This document shows, piece after piece, positions 1 to 7,759 of a stretch of 35,811 bases of DNA. This stretch comes from Candidatus Woesearchaeota archaeon (GTDB lineage: Archaea; Nanobdellota; Nanobdellia; Woesearchaeales; JAGWAF01), in NCBI GenBank assembly GCA_018302085.1, contig JAGWAF010000009.1, positions 1-35,811 on the forward strand, written 5' to 3'. Made by a program: the position numbers and the translations under genes. Under the pieces are notes generated by a model. It was given only the letters and a program-made list of their open reading frames with translations. It was not told the origin of the DNA and searched no databases. The number at the start of each line of letters is the position of its first letter. Within the stretch, counting starts at the first letter, position 1.

Positions 1-1
1 T

Positions 2-877
2 CCTTTTGACGTTGTTTCAAACCCTGAATTCCTACGTGAGGGGTCTGCTGTTCAAGATTTTATGCATCCCGATCGGATTATTGTCGGGGTTGCCTCAGAT
101 CGTGCAAGGCAGGTTATGGAAACGCTTTATAAAGGCATCTCGCGATCCACCCAACCTCTCATTTTTACGGACATAAAAAGTGCAGAAATTATTAAATATG
201 CTGCAAATGCGATGCTTGCAACGCGAATTTCTTTCATGAACGAGTTTGCCCGATTTTGTGAAAAAGTTGGCGGAGACATTAAATCAGTTGCATATGGTAT
301 TGGATTTGATCAAAGAATAGGACCGAGGTTTCTCCAAGCAGGCCTGGGCTATGGTGGAAGTTGTTTCCCAAAAGATGTCAAGGGCATCATTTCCTTAGGG
401 AATGAGCATAATACACCATTTAAAATCCTTGAGGCTGTGCATCATGTTAACGAGGAACAAAAAGTACTCTTTTTACAAAAGATTTTGAAAACTTTCCCAA
501 ATCTTCACAATAAAACTATTGCAGTTTGGGGCATTGCGTTTAAACCAAAGACCGATGACATTAGAGAAGCACCATCCCTTTATCTTATCGATCAGCTCTT
601 AAAACATGGTGCCATGGTTAAGGCATTTGATCCAGAAGCTATGGAAAATGCTCGAAAAGTCTTTTCTCAGATTGAATTTTGTTCAACACCCTATGATGCT
701 CTTGCACAAGCAGATGCGCTTCTTGTCGTTACTGAGTGGAATACATTCAGGGATTTAGACAAAGAAAAGATGAAATCCTTGATGAAATCACCAATCATTT
801 TTGATGGGAGAAATATGTATGATCCTCATGAAATGAGAAAGCTTGGTTTTCAATACACATCTATTGGAAGGGTCTAA
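2..877 (+). CDS. ugd: UDP-glucose 6-dehydrogenase family, C-terminal ~290 aa (5' end cut by the window edge)
   Basis: The frame is open from nt 2 (PFDVVSNPEFLREGSAVQDF precedes the listed Met). The catalytic-Cys motif GGSCFPKD and the C-terminal UDP-binding region (AFKPKTDDIREAP) are present. Confidence 0.9.
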   Translation, partial: PFDVVSNPEFLREGSAVQDFMHPDRIIVGVASDRARQVMETLYKGISRSTQPLIFTDIKSAEIIKYAANAMLATRISFMNEFARFCEKVGGDIKSVAYGIGFDQRIGPRFLQAGLGYGGSCFPKDVKGIISLGNEHNTPFKILEAVHHVNEEQKVLFLQKILKTFPNLHNKTIAVWGIAFKPKTDDIREAPSLYLIDQLLKHGAMVKAFDPEAMENARKVFSQIEFCSTPYDALAQADALLVVTEWNTFRDLDKEKMKSLMKSPIIFDGRNMYDPHEMRKLGFQYTSIGRV

Positions 878-1734
878 CTCTCTTTTTTCTTAAAAACAAA
901 TTCATTGCATCCAATTGATCTCACTTTTTTAATGTTCACTAACACAAAGCCCTCCGCTTCAACATATTCCGTAATCTTTTCAGGGGTGGCGTATTCGTAC
1001 GGAAATCCACCAAGCCAGTCCTTAATATCTGTAAAGAAGTTCATGCCTCGTTGTGCTTTATAATTCTTAATATACCTAACAGGATTCCTCCCAGTGGCAA
1101 TCAAGCCCGTTATCAGATAAAGAGTATACCCCCAGCACATTATCTTTTTATTGAAGCTGTTCGTGTTGTTATAAAACTTTTTAACACCATGCCAAAATTT
1201 TGAAGTTCCTTCTAACTTATACTTCTTATTTTCATTGTAAATAGCGATGCACAGCTTTCCATTCGATTTTACTTGTTGTAATGTGTTACCTATTGCCTTC
1301 CACATATTTCCTGTGTGATGCAATACTCCCCAACTATAGACAACGTCAAACTTTCCAAGTGAGTGCAAGAAATTTTCGTCAAGTGCAGAACCATGCTTTA
1401 TTTCCCATTGCCACTCCTTCTGCTGGTTTTTTTCACGTAAAAGTTCTGTACATTTTAAGGAGTACTCATCTACATCAATGCTTACCACTTTCTTTGCTCC
1501 AAGCAAACAAGCAGCTAGGGAAAAAAGACCGCTTCCACAGCCGATATCGATAAATGATTTTCCATTAATCTCATTCGTACCCCCCAAGAGATCTCCTAAT
1601 GACTTTTTAGCTTCCTCTATTCTTTCTTTATTTATATGTCGTGCATATTCAGTCCAATTTTTACCAAAAGAAAAGTGCTTCTTTTTTTTGTACTCTTCTT
1701 CGTAGAGCTTTATTTCATCCATCGCTCCCACCAT
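874..1734 (-). CDS. class I SAM-dependent methyltransferase
   Basis: SAM-binding motif I is present (FIDIGCGSGLFSLAA), followed by an acidic residue (VVSIDVD). Met5 at 1722 is an alternative start. The gene overlaps asnB by 25 nt, consistent with an operon. Confidence 0.8.
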   Translation of the reverse strand: MVGAMDEIKLYEEEYKKKKHFSFGKNWTEYARHINKERIEEAKKSLGDLLGGTNEINGKSFIDIGCGSGLFSLAACLLGAKKVVSIDVDEYSLKCTELLREKNQQKEWQWEIKHGSALDENFLHSLGKFDVVYSWGVLHHTGNMWKAIGNTLQQVKSNGKLCIAIYNENKKYKLEGTSKFWHGVKKFYNNTNSFNKKIMCWGYTLYLITGLIATGRNPVRYIKNYKAQRGMNFFTDIKDWLGGFPYEYATPEKITEYVEAEGFVLVNIKKVRSIGCNEFVFKKKES

Positions 1735-3515
1735 AAGTTAAACATCAGTATAGCCCAAATCATTCTTGAGTTTTTATTACCTTGATCCATAGAACGTTTA
1801 ATATACTCTCTATCAAAATATGAGTGTTGATCAAAATTAAGAACGTATTTTTCAACGATTTCTTTTAAACAAGTATCTAGATAATGTTCTAGCGGAACTC
1901 CGAAACCCATCTTTTTGCGATATAAAATATTTTTAGGTAATATTCCCGCAAGTGTTTTCTTGAATATCCATTTCCCTTCATTTCCTTTTAATTTTAACTT
2001 CGGATGAATTTTGCAGGCAAGCTCGACTAGCTCATGATCAAGCAGGGGAGGGCGTGACTCCAAGCTATTTGCTAATGATGCCCTATCCACTTTAGTTAAA
2101 ATATCTTCTGGAAGATAAATATGGAGATCAGATTTTATTGCTGTCTGCAGAAAGTTTTTCGTATAATACATTTCATAGATTTTATAGCTCGCGTATGCGT
2201 CTCCTTTTGTTAGACCTGTAAACTCTTCAGCACTCAGAAAACTCATCATACGAGCATACTTTAGGGGTGGGGGTAGCGTTCCTATCTCAAAAAATGCTTT
2301 TATTTTTCGAAGCTTTGGTGTCTTCAACGAGTTACAAACGTTATATAACACTTTGTTTATCCATAAAGGGTAATATTTTTGAAATTGTATTGTTCTGTAA
2401 TCTTTGTAGATCGTATATCCTCCGAATAATTCGTCTCCCCCATCTCCGGACAACGATACTTTCACATGCTTGCTTGCCACTCTAGATACCAAGAATGTCG
2501 GAATCATAGAAGGATCTGCAAATGGTTCATCGTAATGATACCTCAATTCAGGAATCAATTTTTTAACTTCTTCATCACTACAACCGATAGTATAATGTTC
2601 CGTGTTAAATTTCTTTGATACTTCCATCGCATACTTCGATTCGTCAAATTTTTCATCCTCAAATTTCACAGAAAAAGTCTTTAGATTTTTTTTATATTTA
2701 CTTATCATAGCAACAACTGCCGAACTGTCTATTCCTCCTGATAAAAAGGCTCCCACAGGTACATCTCCCATTAGCCTTGCTTGTACTGCATTTTCAAGTT
2801 TTTCCAGAATTAATTTTTCTGCAGTTTTAGCGTCTTTTATTTCATCCGTTAACTCAATTTTCCAGTATTTGGCATATTTTTTTATTTTCTTTCTTTTCAA
2901 ATCAAAAATTAGGTAATGCCCCGGTTCAATCTTCCACGCATTTTTAATAATGCTATCCTTTGGCGGGGTGCATCCGTACATGAGATAATAATGTAAAGCA
3001 TTTTCATTTATCTTTCTCTCAACTCCAGCATTTAGGATAACTTTTAATTCGGAACCAAAAACAAATTTTTTTCCATCAAAATAATAATATAACGGATTTA
3101 TCCCTAACCTATCTCTGGCAAGAAAAAGTTGCTGTTTTTTTTTATCATAGATGCAGAATGCAAACTGGCCATTGAGTCTGTTCAACATCCCTTCTCCATA
3201 TTCTGCATAGCTATGGATCAGCACCTCTGTGTCCGTTTGAGAAGAAAATGTATACCCTTTTTTCTTTAGCTCTGCCTTTATTTCTTTATAATTAAAAATT
3301 TCTCCATTGTATACAATACAAATGTCTTTTTCCTTGTTACTCATCGGTTGTCTGCCACTTGGCGATAGATCAACAATCGATAATCTTCTGTGCCCCAGAG
3401 AAATACTTTTATCAGTATATATACCATCTTGATCTGGGCCGAGATGATCCAAACATTTTGCTAAATTTTCGCATAACCTTCTGTCATTCCAATTGAATCC
3501 GAGGATGCCGCACAT
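1710..3515 (-). CDS. asnB: asparagine synthase (glutamine-hydrolysing) family amidotransferase
   Basis: The N-terminal MCGILG carries the Ntn nucleophile Cys2. The PP-loop FLSGGIDSS is present. The 601-aa length is typical of the family. Confidence 0.9.
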   Translation of the reverse strand: MCGILGFNWNDRRLCENLAKCLDHLGPDQDGIYTDKSISLGHRRLSIVDLSPSGRQPMSNKEKDICIVYNGEIFNYKEIKAELKKKGYTFSSQTDTEVLIHSYAEYGEGMLNRLNGQFAFCIYDKKKQQLFLARDRLGINPLYYYFDGKKFVFGSELKVILNAGVERKINENALHYYLMYGCTPPKDSIIKNAWKIEPGHYLIFDLKRKKIKKYAKYWKIELTDEIKDAKTAEKLILEKLENAVQARLMGDVPVGAFLSGGIDSSAVVAMISKYKKNLKTFSVKFEDEKFDESKYAMEVSKKFNTEHYTIGCSDEEVKKLIPELRYHYDEPFADPSMIPTFLVSRVASKHVKVSLSGDGGDELFGGYTIYKDYRTIQFQKYYPLWINKVLYNVCNSLKTPKLRKIKAFFEIGTLPPPLKYARMMSFLSAEEFTGLTKGDAYASYKIYEMYYTKNFLQTAIKSDLHIYLPEDILTKVDRASLANSLESRPPLLDHELVELACKIHPKLKLKGNEGKWIFKKTLAGILPKNILYRKKMGFGVPLEHYLDTCLKEIVEKYVLNFDQHSYFDREYIKRSMDQGNKNSRMIWAILMFNLWWERWMK

Positions 3516-4625
3516 TTAGCTCAGGACCTCCTCATATTGCTGTTCTAATTGCTGCATTACTTGCTCTATCTTAAACTTTTTTGCTTTTTCGAATGCGTAT
3601 TTTCCCAACTGTTTAGCCATTTTTTTATTTTCAAACAATTCTTTTATTTTTTGAGCTATGTCATTTATATCTTTGGGTTTACATAACAATGCTTCTTTTT
3701 TATCATTCAACAGTTCTCTATTCTCCAGAATATCCGTTGTTATAATCGCTTTTTTGAACAACATTGCCTCGATCAATGCATTGGATTGGCCTTCATAGAG
3801 TGTAGTGCTTATCCAAATATCCGCTATTTTAAGTATTTCTCTTGTATCTTTTACAAATCCTAGGAAATATACTTTGTCTCCTATGCTCAACTCTTTTGCG
3901 AGCTTTTCTAGCTTCTTTTTTCGCTTTTCAAAGTTTTGGGCGCTGCCGCAAATTAAAAGATTTGCATCCACGTTTGCTTTTGCAAATGCTCTGATGAGAG
4001 TTTCATGATCTTTCTGGGGTCTCAAATTTGCAATCATCGTTATGCATTGCTTCTTGTTGTTGATTCCATATTTTTTTCTTATTTCTTCTTCAGTTAATGA
4101 TAATGGTTTCAAAAAATTTTCAATGTCTATTCCATTATAAATAACTTTTATCTTTTCTTTATCGATTCCGTAACTTATCATAAATTCTTTAACAGTTTCT
4201 GCATTTGCAATATATTTGTCAACTTTATTCTGTGTCAGTTTGTCAATCATGTTGAGAAATTTTGTTTTTATTCCCCTCTCTCGCACAGAACAAATAATTT
4301 TCTGATCTTTGCTTGTTTTTGCGAAGCGTACCAACAGATTCGCATGCATCATAAATCCGTTGATAATCTTGGGTTGTTCTTTTTTGATAATCTCTTTTAA
4401 TTTTTTTAATGCAGAGAAGATTTGTAAAGAATTTTTACATTGTAGAGAGTAAACTGGAATCTTTTGTTTTTCTAACTCTTCCCCAATAGGACCCTTAGTT
4501 GTTAAGGAGCATACTACCGGATAGTACTTTTTTTTATCTATTCCAATAACGATTCTTTTGAGCATTGTTTCTGCTCCGCCTACTTCCAATCCACTAATAA
4601 CGTACAGAATTTTTATCTTACCCAT
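3516..4625 (-). CDS. glycosyltransferase family 4 (GT-B)
   Basis: The N-terminus matches the GT4 pattern (KILYVISGLEVGGAE). The C-terminal E-x7-E region is present (YEGQSNALIEAM). The gene abuts asnB with no gap. Confidence 0.8.
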   Translation of the reverse strand: MGKIKILYVISGLEVGGAETMLKRIVIGIDKKKYYPVVCSLTTKGPIGEELEKQKIPVYSLQCKNSLQIFSALKKLKEIIKKEQPKIINGFMMHANLLVRFAKTSKDQKIICSVRERGIKTKFLNMIDKLTQNKVDKYIANAETVKEFMISYGIDKEKIKVIYNGIDIENFLKPLSLTEEEIRKKYGINNKKQCITMIANLRPQKDHETLIRAFAKANVDANLLICGSAQNFEKRKKKLEKLAKELSIGDKVYFLGFVKDTREILKIADIWISTTLYEGQSNALIEAMLFKKAIITTDILENRELLNDKKEALLCKPKDINDIAQKIKELFENKKMAKQLGKYAFEKAKKFKIEQVMQQLEQQYEEVLS

Positions 4626-5562
4626 GGGAAGCTTTATACCATTTTATAGTTTCCTTAAGACCATCGTCAAAAGAGTATTTTGATACATAGTTCAATATTT
4701 TCTTTGCCTTGCCGGGATCTCCCTGCGTCTTTCGAATATCTCCCGCTCGTGCAGTACCTGTGATGTGACCTTTCACGTTTTTTCCTAAGATTGCATTTAT
4801 TTTTAATAATACCTCATTGACACTCACGGACTTACCGTCTGCCACGTTAAAAACTTCTCCAAAGCCCTTTTTAGTATGCGCGGCAGCGAGGTTTGCCCTC
4901 ACAACATTTTTTACATACGTGAAATCTCTGCTCTGATTTCCATCCCAGTGGATCGCGGGGGGCCTATTTTGCGCAACTGCTTCTATAAACAATGGAATTA
5001 ATGCTGCATATTGTGAGTGGGGATCTTGACGTGGACCAAAGACATTAAAATAGCGCAATGCAATCGTCTTTAAACCATAGTATTCGTAAAAAATTTTACA
5101 ATAAATCTCACCTGCATATTTTGTCAAGGCGTAAGGAGACTTAGGAGACGGTGGAAGGTTTTCCTGTTGCGGACAGATTTTGCTATCACCATACACTGAA
5201 GAGCTTGACGCAAAAACAACACGATCAGCCTTTTTCTCATGAGCAACTTCAAGAACATGGAACGTTCCGTTAATATTCACATTATTATACGCTTCAGGAT
5301 TTTCAAACGATGAGGGTACAGAGCGTAATGCTGCCTGATGTAAAATAATATCTCCTTCCTCAATTGTTTTGCTCAAAAGTTTTTTATCTTCAACACTTCC
5401 TTTAACTACTTTCACTTTCTCTAAAAAAGGAGAGATATTTTCTTTTTTTCCCGTAAAAAAATTATCGATGATGACTACTTCCTTCCCTTGTTGAACGAGC
5501 TCTTCAACAATGTGGCTTCCAATAAAACCTGCCCCGCCTGTAACAATATACTTCATTCCCAT
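4618..5562 (-). CDS. NAD-dependent nucleotide-sugar 4-epimerase/dehydratase (WbpP/UDP-GlcA-epimerase-like SDR)
   Basis: Rossmann motif GGAGFIGSH and catalytic SPYALTKYAGE (YxxxK) are present. Substrate specificity cannot be read from the sequence alone. Confidence 0.85.
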   Translation of the reverse strand: MGMKYIVTGGAGFIGSHIVEELVQQGKEVVIIDNFFTGKKENISPFLEKVKVVKGSVEDKKLLSKTIEEGDIILHQAALRSVPSSFENPEAYNNVNINGTFHVLEVAHEKKADRVVFASSSSVYGDSKICPQQENLPPSPKSPYALTKYAGEIYCKIFYEYYGLKTIALRYFNVFGPRQDPHSQYAALIPLFIEAVAQNRPPAIHWDGNQSRDFTYVKNVVRANLAAAHTKKGFGEVFNVADGKSVSVNEVLLKINAILGKNVKGHITGTARAGDIRKTQGDPGKAKKILNYVSKYSFDDGLKETIKWYKASHG

Positions 5563-5584
5563 ACCATCACCGTTATTTTACGCT

Positions 5585-6766
5585 TTATAAGTTTTTGGAA
5601 TCTTCAATCAATACCACAATTTTTTCTGCTGTTTTTTCCCAACTGAATTTTTTTCGAATGCTTTTTTGTAAAGCTACACCCATCTCCCTTCCTTTTTCTT
5701 TATGTTCTATAAGCTCCCTCAACGCTGTTCCCAACTGCTCAGAATGTTTTGGATCATACAGCATGCCACAAGAAGGGGTGTCAATAATTTCTCGTGTGCC
5801 TCCTACATCTGTCGCGATGACCGCAGTGCCCATCGCCCCAGCTTCTAGTACATTTGTGGGGAGGCCTTCAGAATAACTAGGACTCACAAAAATATCGGTG
5901 ATTGCCAGGGCATCACGAATAAAACTTTTGTCTCTCTTTCCAAGAAAAATAACTTCTTTTCTTCCCCCTGCCATGTGTTCAAGGGCATTGCGATAATTCC
6001 CATCTCCAATGATCAAAATTTTTGTTTTGGAGAGGCCTTCCGATTGTTTAATCAAGTCTTGCGCTCCCTTTGCATAAATCAATCTACTAACAAAAGTGAT
6101 GACAGTTTCGTTGTTGTCCACTCCAAGAGTTTTTTTCATGTGGTCATTCTCATTTTTTCTGTCTTTTCTGTCAAAAAAAGTTGTATCAACTGCATTAAAA
6201 ATGGTCATTGTTTCTCGATTGTAGAGATGCTTTGCAAACTTTTCTGCAGCTTGAGCCACACCCGCTACTTTCCAGCTTCGTTTTATTATCTTTCTTCCAA
6301 AGGTATGATCATATAGTATTGCTGCCCACTCTAACCATTTTCTTGGCAAGGAACTGTGCCTCGTCCCATGTTCAATGTGAAGAAGAGGCCTTTTTGTTTT
6401 TTTTGCAAACCATAATGCCCAGAGGCACGTGTTGAAGAACCGCGTATGACAATTGATAAGGTCAAAATGATTTGTTTTCATGAGTTGCTTCAAGAAATGT
6501 CGTGCCGCACTTGGTTTTAACACCGGATACGTTTTTCCCAGCAGATGATAACAGGGTAAACGATATACCTTAATGCCGTCAAGGATTTCCTCGGAAGCAG
6601 CGTTTTCCGTATTCGCCGTGATGATCGTCACGTGATAACCTTTTTTTGTTAATCCAAGAGCTTCATTGTACACGTATTGCTCATAACCACCTTCGTGGGG
6701 GAAAAAATACGCAGCGAAGATTAAGAGTGAACCTTTCGCATTATTTTTTTTGCTCGGCATGTTCAA
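5585..6766 (-). CDS. glycosyltransferase family 4 (GT-B)
   Basis: The C-terminal GT1/GT4 signature is present (SYSEGLPTNVLEAGAMGTAVIATDVGG). Confidence 0.8.
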   Translation of the reverse strand: MNMPSKKNNAKGSLLIFAAYFFPHEGGYEQYVYNEALGLTKKGYHVTIITANTENAASEEILDGIKVYRLPCYHLLGKTYPVLKPSAARHFLKQLMKTNHFDLINCHTRFFNTCLWALWFAKKTKRPLLHIEHGTRHSSLPRKWLEWAAILYDHTFGRKIIKRSWKVAGVAQAAEKFAKHLYNRETMTIFNAVDTTFFDRKDRKNENDHMKKTLGVDNNETVITFVSRLIYAKGAQDLIKQSEGLSKTKILIIGDGNYRNALEHMAGGRKEVIFLGKRDKSFIRDALAITDIFVSPSYSEGLPTNVLEAGAMGTAVIATDVGGTREIIDTPSCGMLYDPKHSEQLGTALRELIEHKEKGREMGVALQKSIRKKFSWEKTAEKIVVLIEDSKNL

Positions 6767-7100
6767 TGGCTGACTTCCTCACTAATTCTTCCATTTTTCG
6801 TTCTGTTTTTCTAACGATGGAGTATGTGTAGAAACTGATGCTCACAACAAAAACTATGCTCCCAACCATTAAGAGGTCGAGTGTACGATTGAATCGCAAT
6901 GTTTCGGTCACTGTCTGTAAAGCTTGTGGAAATAATGCAACCCCAATCACTACCAACCAAATCAACATCCACAGGGCTTGCTCGTTTTTTGTCAACTCAT
7001 TTCGTTTGCTGTAAAGAAAAGTAAGGTACATCATAAATAAACCAAATACGATTCCGATAATTTGAATTCCTAACATGGTTATCTCCCTCGCATTTTCCAA
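6741..7100 (-). CDS. small polytopic membrane protein, DUF2304-like
   Basis: The protein is 119 aa with three hydrophobic helices and a basic C-terminal tail. It lies directly downstream of, and overlaps, a GT2 gene, which is the usual DUF2304 context. Confidence 0.6.
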   Translation of the reverse strand: MENAREITMLGIQIIGIVFGLFMMYLTFLYSKRNELTKNEQALWMLIWLVVIGVALFPQALQTVTETLRFNRTLDLLMVGSIVFVVSISFYTYSIVRKTERKMEELVRKSAIEHAEQKK

Positions 7101-7759
7101 AGGAACATATTCAAGACAATTTTGACACCATCAAAAACAGTTGTTCCTTTATATTTATCGTGATAAATCGTGTCAATGGGCAGTTCTGCATAACTCAGCT
7201 TATTTTTTCCGGCATTCGCAATCATTTCAGACTCCATACTATAATCTCTCGCCTGCCACCGTATTTTTTGGTATGCATCGGCTGTTAACCCTCGAAAACC
7301 GCATTGGGTGTCTTGCAAGGTTATCCCATATAAAACTTGCGTCATTCTATTCATAAACCAGTTGCCAAAACGCATCACTGCTGGCATTTTTTGATTGCGT
7401 TTACGATATCCAAAAACAATATCTTTCTCGTTTAGGAGCTCGACAAAACGGGGAATGTCTTCGGGTTTGTGCTGCCCATCCGCATCCATCAAAATCAATT
7501 TTTTCGCATCATGTTGTACGGCAAAGTCACAACCTGTTCTAATTGCAGCACCCTTTCCTAGGTTAATGCGATGTCGCAAAACTATCACTTTTTCAGCTGA
7601 GGCAAGTTCCGCGGTGTGATCACGAGAACCATCGTCAATCACGATCACATGATCGCATTTTTCTCTCACTGCTCTTGCTATCTGCTGAATATGCTTTTCT
7701 TCATTATATGCCGGGATGATAATCCACGCATCGGAAGTGCAGGCTTTCATATTCCTCAT
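7079..7759 (-). CDS. GT2 polyprenyl/dolichyl-phosphate glycosyltransferase
   Basis: GT-A motifs are present: IIIPAYNEE, VIVIDDGSRD and LILMDADGQH (DxD). Size and context match Dol-P-hexose synthases. Confidence 0.85.
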   Translation of the reverse strand: MRNMKACTSDAWIIIPAYNEEKHIQQIARAVREKCDHVIVIDDGSRDHTAELASAEKVIVLRHRINLGKGAAIRTGCDFAVQHDAKKLILMDADGQHKPEDIPRFVELLNEKDIVFGYRKRNQKMPAVMRFGNWFMNRMTQVLYGITLQDTQCGFRGLTADAYQKIRWQARDYSMESEMIANAGKNKLSYAELPIDTIYHDKYKGTTVFDGVKIVLNMFLWKMRGR